From the NCBI GenBank assembly GCA_964539775.1, contig CAZIKE010000005.1, forward strand, positions 1 through 63,255: a stretch of DNA of 63,255 nucleotides, given 5' to 3'. Made by a program: the position numbers and the translations under genes. Numbering within the stretch: the first letter of the stretch is position 1; each line of letters opens with the position of its first letter. This DNA is from an uncultured Chitinophagales bacterium. GTDB taxonomy: Bacteria; Bacteroidota; Ignavibacteria; UBA10030; UBA6906. Of this stretch, positions 28,292-47,618 are shown piece after piece. The notes under the pieces were generated by a model, which was not told where the DNA came from, made no database searches, and saw only the letters and a program-made list of their open reading frames with translations.

Positions 28292-29119
28292 TTACTTGCG
28301 ACGTTTGACGATGAATTTGCTCGAAGGATTCTTCCGTCGACGCGTTTTCAACCCTTTGGTGTGCCAGCCCCAGGGAGAAACAGGGTGTGGATTCCCCTGC
28401 GGTGATTTTCCTTCGCCGCCGCCGTGGGGATGATCCACCGGATTCTGCACGACGCCGCGCGACTGCGGCCGGATGCCCAGCCAGCGCGAGCGTCCTGCTT
28501 TCCCCAGACTGATGTTCTCGTGCTCGGCGTTACTGACGACCCCGATGGTTGCCATGCATGCAAGAGGCACGTTCCGCACTTCACCCGAAGGAAGACGAAG
28601 CTGCGCGTACTTGCCTTCCTTCGCCATCAACTGCACGGAGGTCCCTGCGCTGCGCGCGAGTTGCGCACCTTTGCCCGGACGTAGCTCGATGTTATGCACA
28701 AACGTTCCCGCCGGAATATTGGCAAGCGGCAACGCGTTGCCGTTCTTGATTTCCGCATCCGGACCGGAGCGGAGTTTCTCGCCGACCTTCACGCCTTCCG
28801 GGGCAATGATATATCGTTTCTCTCCGTCGGCATATTGCAGGAGCGCAATACGCGCGCTGCGGTTGGGATCGTATTCCACAGCGATCACCTTCGCATCCAT
28901 GCCCGTCTTGTCGCGCTTGAAGTCGATGACCCGGTACATGCGCTTATGCCCGCCGCCGCGATGGCGCGAGGTAATGCGCCCGGTGTTATTCCGTCCACCG
29001 GATTTTTTCAGCGGCTGGAGGAGCGACTTCTCCGGCTTCGTCTTCGTGATCTCATCGAAGCTGGACACAAGCATCCACCGCGTGCCCGGCGTTGTAGGTT
29101 TGAGTGCTCGTAATGCCAT
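28292..29119 (-). CDS. rplB: 50S ribosomal protein L2
   Basis: [10 protein letters not shown]; [11 protein letters not shown]; [12 protein letters not shown]. Confidence 0.99.
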   Translation of the reverse strand: MALRALKPTTPGTRWMLVSSFDEITKTKPEKSLLQPLKKSGGRNNTGRITSRHRGGGHKRMYRVIDFKRDKTGMDAKVIAVEYDPNRSARIALLQYADGEKRYIIAPEGVKVGEKLRSGPDAEIKNGNALPLANIPAGTFVHNIELRPGKGAQLARSAGTSVQLMAKEGKYAQLRLPSGEVRNVPLACMATIGVVSNAEHENISLGKAGRSRWLGIRPQSRGVVQNPVDHPHGGGEGKSPQGNPHPVSPWGWHTKGLKTRRRKNPSSKFIVKRRK

Positions 29120-29137
29120 ATCCTCTGCGCTTTCCGA

Positions 29138-29428
29138 TTACACGTTCTGGAAGAATTCGATTTTGTCACCCTCTTTCAACTGCACGTAGGCTTTTTTCCA
29201 TGATGATGTGCGTCCCTCGAACCGTCCGCGCCGCGTCAGCTGCGACTTCGCCTTTCCCTTGTGGTTGCTGGTCCGGACGCTGAGCACGGTGACGTTGAAC
29301 TTCTTTTCGACTGCTCTGGCAATCGTGATTTTGTTTGCGTTCTTGTCCACTTCGAACGCGTACACCCCCTTCTCCTGCAAGGCAGTCATCTTTTCTGTCA
29401 CGATGGGACGCTTGAGAACCCCGATCAT
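29138..29428 (-). CDS. rplW: 50S ribosomal protein L23
   Basis: PIVTEK; WKKAYVQLKEGDKI. Confidence 0.97.
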   Translation of the reverse strand: MIGVLKRPIVTEKMTALQEKGVYAFEVDKNANKITIARAVEKKFNVTVLSVRTSNHKGKAKSQLTRRGRFEGRTSSWKKAYVQLKEGDKIEFFQNV

Positions 29429-29437
29429 AATGTTCTT

Positions 29438-30067
29438 TCAATGCTTGAATGTGTTGTGGAGAACCTCAACTGCACCCTTCTGGCAGAGAATCACCTGGTT
29501 GTTCAGAAGGTCGTACGTCGATGCTTTGTCCGCCGGCAGAATGTGAAGCCAGGGAATGTTCCGTCCCGAGCGGTACACGTGTTCATCGCTCCTGGCCGTA
29601 AGCAACAAGGTCTTACGGGCATCCAGGGCCAGCGCTTTGAGCACCGCCGCCATGTGTTTGGTCTTCGGTTTCTCGAACGAGAAATCTTCCACCACCATGA
29701 ACTGCCCTTCCTTCGCCTTGAGAGAAAGCGCAGACTTGCGTGCAAGTTTCTTCACCTTCGCAGGGAGCTCGCGCGTGTAGTCTCGCGGCACTGGACCGAA
29801 GATCGAACCGCCGCCAATCATAATCGGCGAGCGGGACGAACCCTGCCGCGCGTTGCCGGTACCCTTCTGGCGGAACGGCTTCTTGCCGCCGCCACGCACT
29901 TCAGCCCGCGTCTTCACTTTGTGTGTGCCCTGACGCTGGTTATCGAGGAACGATCGGACCGCAAGATAGAGTGCGTGCCGGTTCGGCTCGATGCCGAAAA
30001 TCTCGTCCGAGAGTTTTACCCTCTCGCCGCTCTTGGTGCCATCCGTTTTATAGACTTCCAGTTCCAT
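29438..30067 (-). CDS. rplD: 50S ribosomal protein L4
   Basis: RQGTHKVKTRAEV.GGGKKPFRQKGTGNARQGS. Confidence 0.98.
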   Translation of the reverse strand: MELEVYKTDGTKSGERVKLSDEIFGIEPNRHALYLAVRSFLDNQRQGTHKVKTRAEVRGGGKKPFRQKGTGNARQGSSRSPIMIGGGSIFGPVPRDYTRELPAKVKKLARKSALSLKAKEGQFMVVEDFSFEKPKTKHMAAVLKALALDARKTLLLTARSDEHVYRSGRNIPWLHILPADKASTYDLLNNQVILCQKGAVEVLHNTFKH

Positions 30068-30079
30068 CTCGTGCTCGTG

Positions 30080-30718
30080 CTATGCTGAGTGTGTCACCAC
30101 TTTGTGAATCTCGACGTACCCGTTGACTGCTCCGGGAACAGAGCCTTTGACTAACAGGAGATTCGAATCGGGGATGATACCCACAACCTTGAGATTGCGC
30201 ACGGTGACGCGCATGCCGCCCATGCGGCCCGCCATGCGTAACCCTTTGAAGACGCGCGAAGGATAGGACGAGGAGCCGATGGAGCCGGGCGCACGTTCAC
30301 GATCGCTCTGCCCGTGCGTGCGCGAGCCACCCCCGAAGTGGTGACGCTTCACCACACCCTGGAAGCCGCGCCCCTTGGAGGTTCCCACCACCGAAACCGT
30401 GTCCCCCTTGGCGAAGACGTTCTCGACCTTGATTTGCTGCCCCGGCTGGACGTCAGACACACCGTTGCCTCGAAACTCCCGTACGATGCGCATCGGTTTG
30501 GTGTTGGCCTTTGCAAAGTGCCCGCCCAGAGGCTTGTTGACGCGGCGTTCGTTTTTCTCATCGAAGCCTAACTGCACCGCCTCGTAACCGTCGCGTTCCT
30601 TGGTCTTCACCTGCGTCACGAAGCATGGGCCTGCTTCGATCACCGTGCAGGGAATGACCTGACCGGCATCATCGAAGATGCTGGTCATCCCGATTTTCTT
30701 TCCTAACAGTCCTGTCAT
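30080..30718 (-). CDS. rplC: 50S ribosomal protein L3
   Basis: Start trimmed to ATG at 30718 ([12 protein letters not shown]). [13 protein letters not shown]. Confidence 0.98.
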   Translation of the reverse strand: MTGLLGKKIGMTSIFDDAGQVIPCTVIEAGPCFVTQVKTKERDGYEAVQLGFDEKNERRVNKPLGGHFAKANTKPMRIVREFRGNGVSDVQPGQQIKVENVFAKGDTVSVVGTSKGRGFQGVVKRHHFGGGSRTHGQSDRERAPGSIGSSSYPSRVFKGLRMAGRMGGMRVTVRNLKVVGIIPDSNLLLVKGSVPGAVNGYVEIHKVVTHSA

Positions 30719-30732
30719 AGTAGTAGCGTCCC

Positions 30733-30769
30733 AAAAAAATGTGCGTTCCGCGGTCGCGCCACAGCGCAC
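30733..30769 (-). terminator. Terminator-like hairpin plus U7 tract inside the S10 operon (rpsJ-rplC spacer)
   Basis: Minus strand GTGCG-CTGTGG-CGCGA-CCGCGG-AA-CGCAC followed by ATTTTTTT. Confidence 0.5.
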
Positions 30770-30849
30770 GCTCTCACGCCGTCCACAGACTACCCGTTCC
30801 GCACCCGGCGAGTGCAGAGACGTCTCAGCGTATCATCATGCCAAACGAG

Positions 30850-31158
30850 CTACACTTTGATCTCGACGTCAACTCCCGCGGGAAGATCGAGTTTCATCAA
30901 GGAGTCGACCGTCTTGTTGGTCGAGTTGAGAATATCGATCAGGCGTTTGTGTGCGCGCGTCTCGAATTGCTCCCTCGACTTCTTGTCAACATGCGGAGAT
31001 CGAAGCACAGTGTACACCGTACGCTTCGTGGGTAACGGGATCGGGCCTGAGACCACAGCGCCTGTTGACTTGACCGTCTTGATGATCTTTTCCGCAGACT
31101 TGTCGATCAGGTTGTGGTCGAACGACTTCAGCTTGATGCGTATTTTCTGCCCGGCCAA
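30850..31158 (-). CDS. rpsJ: 30S ribosomal protein S10
   Basis: [11 protein letters not shown]; [13 protein letters not shown]; TTG start. Confidence 0.98.
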   Translation of the reverse strand: MAGQKIRIKLKSFDHNLIDKSAEKIIKTVKSTGAVVSGPIPLPTKRTVYTVLRSPHVDKKSREQFETRAHKRLIDILNSTNKTVDSLMKLDLPAGVDVEIKV

Positions 31159-31179
31159 ATGTGAACTCCGTTTACTCTA

Positions 31180-31225
31180 CAAAAAGAAACAACGTGGTGG
31201 ACACCCGTGTGCGAGGCGCCACCAC
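31180..31225 (-). terminator. Intrinsic terminator-like element between tuf and rpsJ
   Basis: GTGGTGG/CCACCAC stem followed on the minus strand by GTTGTTTCTTTTTG. Confidence 0.55.
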
Positions 31226-31232
31226 CGTGGAT

Positions 31233-32444
31233 TTATTCCAAAATCTTGGTCACAACACCTGCTCCTACCGTATGGCCCCCTTCCCGGATAGCGAAGCGAA
31301 GACCTTCCTCCATGGCGATGGTGGTAATCAGCTCGATCTGCAGACCGTCCACGTTGTCGCCGGGCATCACCATTTCGGTGCCCGCAGGCAACGTCGCCAC
31401 GCCCGTGACGTCCGTTGTCCGGAAGTAGAACTGCGGGCGATACCCGGTAAAGAACGGTGTGTGACGACCGCCTTCTTCTTTCTTCAACACGTACACCTGT
31501 GCGGTGAATTTCTTGTGCGGGGTGATGGAACCCGGCTTGGCGATGACCATGCCGCGCTCCACCTCCTTCTTGTCGACGCCGCGCAACAACAAACCCGCGT
31601 TGTCGCCCGCGACAACTTCATCCAGCTCCTTGCGGAACATCTCCGCACCCGTAATGACGGTCTTCTTGTGCGCGCCCAGGCCGATAATCTCCACTTCATC
31701 GCCCACCTTCGCCTTGCCGCGCTCCACACGGCCTGTGGCCACCGTCCCGCGTCCGGTAATAGAGAAGATATCTTCCACCGGCATCAGGAACGGCTTATCG
31801 ACATCGCGCTGCGGAATGGGGATGTACGAATCGACAGCGTTCATCAGATCCATGATGCACTTGAAGGCGGGATCGTCCACCTTCGAATCCGGCTTGAGCG
31901 CTGCTTCCATGGCCTTCAACGCCGAGCCGCGGATAATGGGAATCTCATCGCCGGGGAACTCGTACTTCTTCAGCAGGTCGCGTAGCTCAAGCTCAACGAG
32001 ATCGAGCAGTTCGGGATCATCCACCGCATCCACCTTGTTCAGGAACACAACAATTCTCGGCACGCCGACCTGACGGGCAAGCAGTATGTGTTCACGCGTC
32101 TGGGGCATCGGACCGTCGGTGGCGGCAACAACAAGGATGGCGCCGTCCATCTGAGCCGCGCCGGTGATCATGTTCTTCACGTAGTCGGCGTGACCGGGAC
32201 AATCCACGTGCGCGTAATGCCGCGTCGCCGTCTGATATTCCACGTGCGCAGTGGCGATGGTGATACCGCGCTCGCGCTCTTCCGGTGCATTGTCGATGGA
32301 ATCAAACGTCCGGACTTCCGACAACCCTTGCTTGGCAAGCACCATCGTGATAGCGGCGGTCAACGTCGTCTTGCCGTGATCAACGTGACCAATCGTCCCT
32401 ACGTTCACGTGAGGCTTTGCACGACTGAATTTCTCTTTTGCCAT
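31233..32444 (-). CDS. tuf: Elongation factor Tu
   Basis: GHVDHGKT; DCPGH; NKVD; [13 protein letters not shown]. Confidence 0.99.
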   Translation of the reverse strand: MAKEKFSRAKPHVNVGTIGHVDHGKTTLTAAITMVLAKQGLSEVRTFDSIDNAPEERERGITIATAHVEYQTATRHYAHVDCPGHADYVKNMITGAAQMDGAILVVAATDGPMPQTREHILLARQVGVPRIVVFLNKVDAVDDPELLDLVELELRDLLKKYEFPGDEIPIIRGSALKAMEAALKPDSKVDDPAFKCIMDLMNAVDSYIPIPQRDVDKPFLMPVEDIFSITGRGTVATGRVERGKAKVGDEVEIIGLGAHKKTVITGAEMFRKELDEVVAGDNAGLLLRGVDKKEVERGMVIAKPGSITPHKKFTAQVYVLKKEEGGRHTPFFTGYRPQFYFRTTDVTGVATLPAGTEMVMPGDNVDGLQIELITTIAMEEGLRFAIREGGHTVGAGVVTKILE

Positions 32445-32497
32445 TTGTGTTCTCCTCTAAAAGTAAGGATATGGTGTATGAGTATGCTCTTGTGATG

Positions 32498-34597
32498 TTA
32501 TGCGGGAACAGCTTCCTTGCCTTTGACCTTCTCGATGATCTGCTCGGAGACACTGCGTGGCACTTCGTCGTAATGAGAAAGCTCCATCGAGTAGATCGCT
32601 CGGCCTTGACTCATCGAGCGCAGCGTGGTGGAATAGCCGAACATCTCCGACAGCGGAACCAGCGCGCGAATCACCTGCGCGTCCTTGCGAGGCGTAATCC
32701 CCTCGATCTTTCCCCGGCGCGCGTTCAAATCACCCATCACGTCGCCCATATACTCTTCCGGCGTTACCACCTCCACTTCCATAATAGGCTCCAACAGGAC
32801 AGGGTCGGCTCTGCGCGCTCCTTCTTTGAAGCCGATCGACGCGGCAATCTTGAAGGCCATTTCCGACGAATCAACCTCGTGGTACGAGCCGTCGAACAAC
32901 TTCACCTTCACATCCTCCATCGGATACCCTGCCAGCACGCCGTTCTTCATCGCTTCAATGATTCCCTGCTCCACGGGCTTGATATACTCCTTCGGGACAG
33001 CGCCGCCGACGATGGCGTTGGTGAACTCGAACCCCTTGCCCTTCTCATTGGGTTCGATCTCCAGCCACACGTGGCCGAACTGGCCGCGGCCGCCGGATTG
33101 TCGCACGAACTTTCCTTCGGCCTGCACTTTCTTGCGGATCGTTTCCTTGTACGCCACCTGCGGCTTGCCGATGTTTGCCTCAACACGAAACTCCCGTCGC
33201 ATGCGATCGACGATTATCTCCAGATGCAATTCGCCCATCCCGCTGATAATCGTCTGGCCGGTCTCCTCGTTCGTCGAAACACGGAACGTTGGATCCTCTT
33301 CCGAGAGTTTGCTCAATGCTTCGCCAAGCTTTTCTTGATCGGCCTTGGTCTTCGGCTCGATCGCGACGTGAATGACCGGATCGGGGAAGGTCATCTTCTC
33401 CAGAATGATCGGATCGCTCTCGTCGCAGAGCGTGTCGCCGGTTCTGGTAAACTTCAAACCAATGGCGGCACAGATGTCGCCCGCATAGGCTTCTTCCACA
33501 TCTTCTCGCATATTTGCGTGCATACGAAGGATGCGGCTGATGCGTTCCTTCTTTTCCGCAATGGGATTATAGACGTACGAGCCTGCCTTCACCGTTCCCG
33601 AGTACACACGGAAGTATGTCAGCTTCCCGACAAACGGGTCGGTCATGATTTTGAATGCGAGTGCGCTGAACTTCTCCTTGTCGTCCACCTTGCGCGCAAT
33701 GTGATCATTCATGTTGATGTGATGCCCCCACACCTTGCCTTCGTTCAGGTCGAGCGGCGATGGGAGATAATCAACCACGGCATCCAACAGCTTCTGGACA
33801 CCTTTGTTCTTGAACGAAGAGCCACACAACACCGGAATGATGCTCACCTTCAGCGTTGCACGCCGCAACACCGCCATGATTTCTTTCGGGGTGATTTCCT
33901 TGCCTTCAAGGTATTTCTCCAGCAGCGTGTCGTCCTCGTCAGATACGGCTTCGAGCATCTTCGTTCGCCACTCTGTGGCCTTCTCCTCCATGTCATGCGG
34001 GATGTCGATATCTTGCCAGGTCTGGCCTGTGGGATCGGTGTACATACGGGCTTTCATCGTGACGAGATCGATGATACCGGCAAACATGTCGCCCTCGCCG
34101 ACGGGAAGCTGGATGGGTACGGCATTGGCACCCAACCGATCCTTGATCATTTGAACACAGCCAAGGAAATCCGCGCCAACACGGTCCATCTTATTGACGA
34201 ACGCAATACGGGGAACGCCGTACTTGTCCATCTGGCGCCATACGGTTTCGGATTGCGGCTCGACACCACCGACCGAGCAGAATAACGCGATTGCGCCGTC
34301 GAGCACGCGCAGCGATCTCTCGACTTCCGCCGTGAAGTCAACGTGTCCCGGCGTGTCGATGATATTGATACGATGGTTGTTCCAGAAGCACGTGGTCGCA
34401 GCAGAGGTAATCGTAATCCCGCGCTCTTTTTCCTGCTCCATCCAATCCATCGTTGCGGCGCCGTCATGAACTTCGCCGATCCGGTGCACCACCCCTGTGA
34501 AAAAGAGGATGCGCTCGGTTGTCGTCGTCTTGCCCGCGTCGATGTGGGCACTGATTCCGATGTTGCGCGTTCGTTCTAATGGATATTGTCTTGGCAT
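32498..34597 (-). CDS. fusA: Elongation factor G
   Basis: AHIDAGKT; RGITI; DTPGH; NKMD; YKETI; [11 protein letters not shown]. Confidence 0.99.
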   Translation of the reverse strand: MPRQYPLERTRNIGISAHIDAGKTTTTERILFFTGVVHRIGEVHDGAATMDWMEQEKERGITITSAATTCFWNNHRINIIDTPGHVDFTAEVERSLRVLDGAIALFCSVGGVEPQSETVWRQMDKYGVPRIAFVNKMDRVGADFLGCVQMIKDRLGANAVPIQLPVGEGDMFAGIIDLVTMKARMYTDPTGQTWQDIDIPHDMEEKATEWRTKMLEAVSDEDDTLLEKYLEGKEITPKEIMAVLRRATLKVSIIPVLCGSSFKNKGVQKLLDAVVDYLPSPLDLNEGKVWGHHINMNDHIARKVDDKEKFSALAFKIMTDPFVGKLTYFRVYSGTVKAGSYVYNPIAEKKERISRILRMHANMREDVEEAYAGDICAAIGLKFTRTGDTLCDESDPIILEKMTFPDPVIHVAIEPKTKADQEKLGEALSKLSEEDPTFRVSTNEETGQTIISGMGELHLEIIVDRMRREFRVEANIGKPQVAYKETIRKKVQAEGKFVRQSGGRGQFGHVWLEIEPNEKGKGFEFTNAIVGGAVPKEYIKPVEQGIIEAMKNGVLAGYPMEDVKVKLFDGSYHEVDSSEMAFKIAASIGFKEGARRADPVLLEPIMEVEVVTPEEYMGDVMGDLNARRGKIEGITPRKDAQVIRALVPLSEMFGYSTTLRSMSQGRAIYSMELSHYDEVPRSVSEQIIEKVKGKEAVPA

Positions 34598-34624
34598 AAA
34601 CTTCCGACTTCATTCCCTACATCA

Positions 34625-35092
34625 TTACCACTTGAAGTGAGCAAAGGCTTTGTTTGCCTCCGCCATCTTGTGGACATCTTCTTTCTTCTTAATCGTACCG
34701 CCTTCTCCGTTGGATGCAGCAATAAACTCTGCAGCAAGTTTTTGTGACATCGATTTGTCCTTCCGCTCGGCAGCATAGTTGATAAGCCAGCGAATAGCAA
34801 GAGCGATGCTGCGTTCCTGTCGGACTTCCGTCGGCACCTGATAGGTGGCACCGCCCACGCGCCGCGCCCGCACCTCAAGAACCGGTCGCGCATTGTTGAG
34901 TGCTTTGCGGAATACCTCCAGCCCCGGTGTCTTTGTCCGCTGCTCTATGAGATCAAAAGCATCGTACACAATGCGCCGCGCTTTGTGCTTCAGTCCCCTT
35001 TTCATCACGGAGTTGATGAATTGGGATACGAGAACGTCATGATATTTTGGGTCCGGAGGTACCGGACGCTTTTCTGCTCTTTTCTTTCTCAC
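34625..35092 (-). CDS. rpsG: 30S ribosomal protein S7
   Basis: RRVGGATYQVP; HKMAEANKAFAHF. Confidence 0.98.
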   Translation of the reverse strand: MRKKRAEKRPVPPDPKYHDVLVSQFINSVMKRGLKHKARRIVYDAFDLIEQRTKTPGLEVFRKALNNARPVLEVRARRVGGATYQVPTEVRQERSIALAIRWLINYAAERKDKSMSQKLAAEFIAASNGEGGTIKKKEDVHKMAEANKAFAHFKW

Positions 35093-35110
35093 TGCAATGC
35101 TCTGCCTGAC

Positions 35111-35485
35111 TTATGTCTTAGCTTTCTTTGCACCATACTTTGAACGCCCCTGCTTGCGGTCGGCAACGCCGGCGGTATCGAGCGTTCCCCGAATGATGTG
35201 GTAACGGACTCCCGGCAAGTCTTTCACACGGCCCCCACGGATCATCACGAGGGAATGTTCTTGCAGATTGTGACCCTCACCGGGTATATACGCCGTAACT
35301 TCCACACCGTTGGTCAGACGAACGCGTGCGACCTTCCGGAGGGCCGAGTTCGGCTTCTTCGGCGTTGTCGTGTACACACGCGTACATACTCCCCGCTTCT
35401 GCGGGCATCGATCCATGGCAGGAGCCTTGCTTTTGTATGTGACCTTCTGGCGACCCCTGCGAACGAGTTGGTTGATTGTTGGCAA
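35111..35485 (-). CDS. rpsL: 30S ribosomal protein S12
   Basis: MPTINQLVR; [11 protein letters not shown]; [10 protein letters not shown]. Confidence 0.99.
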   Translation of the reverse strand: MPTINQLVRRGRQKVTYKSKAPAMDRCPQKRGVCTRVYTTTPKKPNSALRKVARVRLTNGVEVTAYIPGEGHNLQEHSLVMIRGGRVKDLPGVRYHIIRGTLDTAGVADRKQGRSKYGAKKAKT

Positions 35486-35536
35486 AGACTTCTCCGTTGG
35501 ACTATCTGGTGCGGAAACGCAAACTCAAAGTTTCTA

Positions 35537-35565
35537 AAGATACAAACACCCCGTCAGAATGTCAA
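35537..35565 (-). promoter_or_regulatory. Sigma70-type promoter of the str operon
   Basis: TTGACA (35565-35560), 17-nt spacer, TATCTT (35542-35537). Confidence 0.7.
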
Positions 35566-35621
35566 TAATCGACAAATTCCGCAGGCATTAGAAAATCTTA
35601 ACCCGCAAACCCGCGCCAACC

Positions 35622-39914
<4,293 letters not shown>

Positions 39915-39983
39915 GAATAATCCTCCAAACAAAACTCACTGTACGTTGCGCTGCACGCCACCCTGGCGCACACCGTTGACGCT

Positions 39984-43754
<3,771 letters not shown>

Positions 43755-43811
43755 TCCTTTTGTGTAATGGTAAATTGATCACCCGTCCCACGGCGTGATA
43801 AAGAAAGCGGA

Positions 43812-43853
43812 AGCCGATAATCGGGAGCTGTTCTCCACTCCACATTATCGGCT
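43812..43853 (-). terminator. Attenuator-like hairpin in the rplL-rpoB spacer
   Basis: AGCCGATAAT (43812-43821) / ATTATCGGCT (43844-43853) 10-bp stem, followed on the minus strand by TCCGCTTTCTTT. Confidence 0.5.
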
Positions 43854-43995
43854 ACGATGCTGTTCGCACAACGTACGTTCACGCCGAGGCCATTCTTGTT
43901 GATGAAAACTGCGCGGGTGGTTCACACGCCGCAACACCCGAACACACCGCCGTCCCGCGTGTTGCGCGGGACGGAATCGCACACACGACAGGAAC

Positions 43996-44382
43996 TTACT
44001 GCAACTCCACCTTCGCTCCTGCTTCCTCCAGCTCTTTCTTCAGCTTCTCCGCATCTGCCTTCGGCAAGCCTTCCTTCACCGTCTTTGGTGCGCCGTCGAC
44101 CAGGTCCTTCGCTTCTTTCAGGCCGAGGCCTGTTGCTGCTCGCACGACTTTAATAACGTTGATCTTTTGCGCGCCGGCTTCCTTCAGCACAACGTTGAAC
44201 TCTGTTTTCTCCTCCGCCGCCGCTGCAGCGCCGCCCGCGGCCGCACCCGGCAGAACGCCACCCATGACGACGGGGGCCGCTGCCGTCACGCCGAACTTCT
44301 CTTCAAGCGCCTTTTTCAGTTCCACCGCCTCAAGAAGGGTGAGCTTCTCTATCCTTTCGACAATCTCTGCTACTGCTGACAT
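43996..44382 (-). CDS. rplL: 50S ribosomal protein L7/L12
   Basis: Start trimmed to ATG at 44382 (MSAVAEIV). [10 protein letters not shown]; [11 protein letters not shown]. Confidence 0.98.
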   Translation of the reverse strand: MSAVAEIVERIEKLTLLEAVELKKALEEKFGVTAAAPVVMGGVLPGAAAGGAAAAAEEKTEFNVVLKEAGAQKINVIKVVRAATGLGLKEAKDLVDGAPKTVKEGLPKADAEKLKKELEEAGAKVELQ

Positions 44383-44431
44383 GAATGATTCTCCTGTGTA
44401 ATAGTGAACAAGTACGAGTTCCTGAAGAGAG

Positions 44432-44953
44432 CTACGCTGCTTTCTTCTGTGACAATTGATCAATAACGCTGACGAGGTCACGCAACACTGCGTTGACCAC
44501 CGTCGGCACGCCGGCAAGCGGCGCCTGGATGCTGCCGAGAATGCCGGCCATGAGATCCTTCTTGGCGGGAAGCCGAGCGAGTTCCTTCAGCTTCGCGCCG
44601 TCATAGACCTGCTTTTCGAGCACCGCCGCCTTCAACGCAAGCTTCTGATGCTTCGCGACGAATTTGTCGATGACCTTCGCAGGAACAACGGCATCGTCGA
44701 AGGCGAACGCCACACCCGTAGGCCCGACAAGCTTGTCGTACACTTTGTCGTATCCCGAAAGCTGATCAAGCGCCTTCTTGATCAGCGTGTTCTTCACGAC
44801 GCGATACTGCACGCCTGCCTTGCGCAACTCACGGCGCAGCTCCGTCTCCTGTTCCACCGTCAGGCCCGTAAAGTCCGTGAAGTACATCGCTGACGCACGC
44901 GCAGCAATCTCCGCGACTTCGGCAACGATATGTTCTTTTTCTGATCGTTTCAT
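44432..44953 (-). CDS. rplJ: 50S ribosomal protein L10
   Basis: Position between rplA and rplL; YRVVKNTLI; LVGPTGVAF. Confidence 0.97.
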   Translation of the reverse strand: MKRSEKEHIVAEVAEIAARASAMYFTDFTGLTVEQETELRRELRKAGVQYRVVKNTLIKKALDQLSGYDKVYDKLVGPTGVAFAFDDAVVPAKVIDKFVAKHQKLALKAAVLEKQVYDGAKLKELARLPAKKDLMAGILGSIQAPLAGVPTVVNAVLRDLVSVIDQLSQKKAA

Positions 44954-45082
44954 TGTTCTCCTCTACGAGGTACGTTTCCACCCTCGCAGCGTGTAGGTGG
45001 TTGCCCAGAGAGAAGCCCATGTCTCGAGCGACCGATCATGGCAATGGGCAGATAGTGTTGTTCGAGTGCGTAACATTCTGTG
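44954..45082 (-). promoter_or_regulatory. Probable L10 leader (ribosomal protein autoregulatory RNA)
   Basis: 129-nt structured spacer upstream of rplJ with GAGAC-ATGGG...CCTACAC resembling the L10-leader core, plus a CGAGG/CCTCG hairpin next to the SD. Recognised by eye only. Confidence 0.4.
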
Positions 45083-45778
45083 TTAGTGTGCCGCAATCTG
45101 GTTGCGGTCGATCTTCACGCCCGGCCCCATCGTGCTGGAGAGCGCGATCGATTTCACATACGTTCCTTTTGCCGTAGCCGGTTTCAAACGCACCACCGTG
45201 CTCAAAAATGCCTGGATGTTCTCCGCCAATTGCTTCGAGTCGAAATTCACCTTGCCAATGGTGGCATGCACGATGCCTGCTTTGTCGACACGAAACTCGA
45301 TCTTCCCTGCCTTCACTTCCTTAACCGCTCTGGCAACATCCATGGTCACCGTACCGCTCTTCGGGTTCGGCATCAAGCCGCGCGGCCCGAGGATCTTGCC
45401 GAGTTTACCGACCTCCCCCATGACATCGGGCGTCGCAATGATCACATCCACATCGGCCCAGCCTGCTTGAATCTGCTGGATGTAGTCAGTAAAGCCGGCA
45501 TAGTCTGCACCCGCCGCTTTTGCTTCCTCATCGCGAGGCGGTTTTGCAAGCACCAACACGCGCACGGCACGGCCGATACCGTGCGGCAACGCCACCGTGC
45601 CTCGCACGGCCTGGTCGGCCTTCTTCGGATCGACACCGAGCCTGACGGCGATATCCACCGACTCGACAAACTTCGCCGTCGCAGCCTCCTTGACTTTTGC
45701 AATCGCTTCCTCTATGGTGTACTGTTTGGCGCGGTCGATCTTCGCCGCAACGGCTCTGAATCTCTTACTCTGTTTCAT
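45083..45778 (-). CDS. rplA: 50S ribosomal protein L1
   Basis: Start trimmed to ATG at 45778. [15 protein letters not shown]; ALSSTMGPG. Confidence 0.98.
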   Translation of the reverse strand: MKQSKRFRAVAAKIDRAKQYTIEEAIAKVKEAATAKFVESVDIAVRLGVDPKKADQAVRGTVALPHGIGRAVRVLVLAKPPRDEEAKAAGADYAGFTDYIQQIQAGWADVDVIIATPDVMGEVGKLGKILGPRGLMPNPKSGTVTMDVARAVKEVKAGKIEFRVDKAGIVHATIGKVNFDSKQLAENIQAFLSTVVRLKPATAKGTYVKSIALSSTMGPGVKIDRNQIAAH

Positions 45779-45842
45779 TCCGGTTCTCCTTGTGGTTCCA
45801 GCGTCTGCGTATGCAGACTCCCACGTTACTGTGATTATTCGA

Positions 45843-46265
45843 CTATCCTTCCACAACAATGCCCATCGAACGGGCTGTGCCGGCAACCATACTCATTGCG
45901 GCCTCGATGCTCGCAGCGTTTAGGTCGGGCATTTTCAACTCTGCAATCTCGCGCACCTGCTGCGATGTCACCTTGCCGACTTTGTTGCGGTTGGGCTCTG
46001 CAGATCCTTTCTCCACCTTCGCCGCCTTCGCTAACAACACGGAGGCCGGAGGTGTTTTGGTGACGAACGTGAACGACTTGTCCGAATACACCGTGATGAC
46101 CACGGGAATGATCAGCCCTGCCTGCGCCTGCGTGCGCGCATTGAACTGCTTGCAGAACTCCATGATGTTCACACCCTTCTGACCGAGAGCCGGGCCCACA
46201 GGCGGCGCAGGATTCGCCTGACCTGCAGGGATTTGCAACTTTACGTAGCCGGTGATTTTTTTCAT
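45843..46265 (-). CDS. rplK: 50S ribosomal protein L11
   Basis: [13 protein letters not shown]; GTARSMGI. Confidence 0.98.
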   Translation of the reverse strand: MKKITGYVKLQIPAGQANPAPPVGPALGQKGVNIMEFCKQFNARTQAQAGLIIPVVITVYSDKSFTFVTKTPPASVLLAKAAKVEKGSAEPNRNKVGKVTSQQVREIAELKMPDLNAASIEAAMSMVAGTARSMGIVVEG

Positions 46266-46295
46266 AACGAGGATTTCCTACTCAACAATGGGTAT

Positions 46296-46829
46296 TTACT
46301 TTTCTGCTTCCACCTGACTGAAGTCAAGCTCGACAGGCGTCTTGCGTCCGAAAATGGAGACCATTACTTTCAACTTCATCTTCTCTTCGTTCACTTCCTG
46401 CACAAAGCCCGTGAAGTTGTTGAAAGGCCCATCGGTAACCTTCACCGCGTCGCCAACCTTGAAAGGTACCTCCAGAACCTCCACGTCTTTCTTGGCCTCG
46501 ATCTTACCGATGAGCCGCTTGACTTCTGCCGGCTGCAATGGCGCAGGAGCATTCTTCGGACCGACAAAGCTGATGACCGAAGGCGTGTTCAGAATGATAT
46601 GCATCGTCTGTGTGTCGAGCGCAGCTTCCACAAGAATGTAGCCGGGAAAGAACGTCCGCGTCTTGCTCCGCTTCTTTCCGTCCTTCACCTCGAAGACCTT
46701 CTCGGAGGGAACAATCACCGAGCCGACACGATCGCCGAGCCCTGCCTGTGCAATTTCATTCTCGATGTACGCCTTCACTTTATTTTCGTGACCCGAATAC
46801 GTACGGACCACGTACCATTTCTTTTCCAA
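46296..46829 (-). CDS. nusG: Transcription termination/antitermination factor NusG
   Basis: WYVVRTYSGHE; FFPGYILV; C-terminal KOW GPFNNF...SIFGR.TPVELDF. Confidence 0.98.
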   Translation of the reverse strand: MEKKWYVVRTYSGHENKVKAYIENEIAQAGLGDRVGSVIVPSEKVFEVKDGKKRSKTRTFFPGYILVEAALDTQTMHIILNTPSVISFVGPKNAPAPLQPAEVKRLIGKIEAKKDVEVLEVPFKVGDAVKVTDGPFNNFTGFVQEVNEEKMKLKVMVSIFGRKTPVELDFSQVEAEK

Positions 46830-46833
46830 CAGA

Positions 46834-47019
46834 TTATCCTAAGAAGTACTTGAGGCCCAGACTCAGAATCTGATCGACGACGTACACAAACCCGGCAACA
46901 ACAAGGCAGACGACGAGAACGACGATGGTCGAGTCTCGCAGGTCGTCTTTCTTGGGCCAGGTGACTTTCTTCATCTCCTTGACGACATCTTCGAAGAATG
47001 CAATGATCTTTTCTTTCAT
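46834..47019 (-). CDS. secE: Preprotein translocase subunit SecE
   Basis: EMKKVTWP motif plus a single TM helix; directly upstream of nusG. Confidence 0.96.
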   Translation of the reverse strand: MKEKIIAFFEDVVKEMKKVTWPKKDDLRDSTIVVLVVCLVVAGFVYVVDQILSLGLKYFLG

Positions 47020-47083
47020 ACCTCTGATCTTCCGCGATGGCTAACGTGTTGATGTTGTGACCGACGATGGCCCTCTTCGTTCG

Positions 47084-47157
47084 CACGTGAGGAGGGACTC
47101 GAACCCCCAACCTGCGGTTTTGGAGACCGCTGCTCTAGCCAATTGAGCTACTCACGT
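47084..47157 (-). tRNA. tRNA-Trp(CCA)
   Basis: ACGTGAG/CTCACGT acceptor, anticodon loop CT-CCA-AA, GGTTCGAGTC T loop. Confidence 0.97.
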
Positions 47158-47269
47158 ATGGTGTTCTGCACTTTCAAAGCGGGCGGAGTTGCCGCTGTTT
47201 TAGCCCATGGAATTGATGCAGTGAAACTGGGAAGGGACTGTTCGTCTTCCACCCTCACAAGCCCCATTC

Positions 47270-47419
47270 TTACTTTGTTTCTTTGTGGGGAGTGTGCTTT
47301 CCACAGAACCGGCAGTACTTTTTGTACTCAACACGGCCGCTCTGTTTTTTCTTATTCTTGGTAGTAGAATAATTCCTGCGCTTACACTCAGAACACTCCA
47401 ACGTAATAATGTCTCGCAC
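47270..47419 (-). CDS. rpmG: 50S ribosomal protein L33 (zinc-binding form); not in the ORF track
   Basis: GTG start with GGAG SD. Hand translation [49 protein letters not shown]. Confidence 0.97.
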   Translation of the reverse strand: MRDIITLECSECKRRNYSTTKNKKKQSGRVEYKKYCRFCGKHTPHKETK

Positions 47420-47453
47420 GATTAAACTCCATTCTTATGGAAACTCACTCTCG

Positions 47454-47526
<73 letters not shown>

Positions 47527-47538
47527 ACTTCTTGCCCG

Positions 47539-47611
47539 AGCGGGAGACGGGACTCGAACCCGCGACCAACAGCTTGGAAGGCTGTGACTCTACCAACTGA
47601 GTTACTCCCGC
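47539..47611 (-). tRNA. tRNA-Gly(UCC)
   Basis: GCGGGAG/CTCCCGC acceptor; anticodon loop CT-TCC-AA. Confidence 0.97.
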
Positions 47612-47618
47612 AAGTGGG

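Noticed and set aside
47158-47453. Gap between tRNA-Thr and tRNA-Trp considered as a tufB pseudogene
   Set aside because: Hand translation shows an intact rpmG and no EF-Tu-like sequence.
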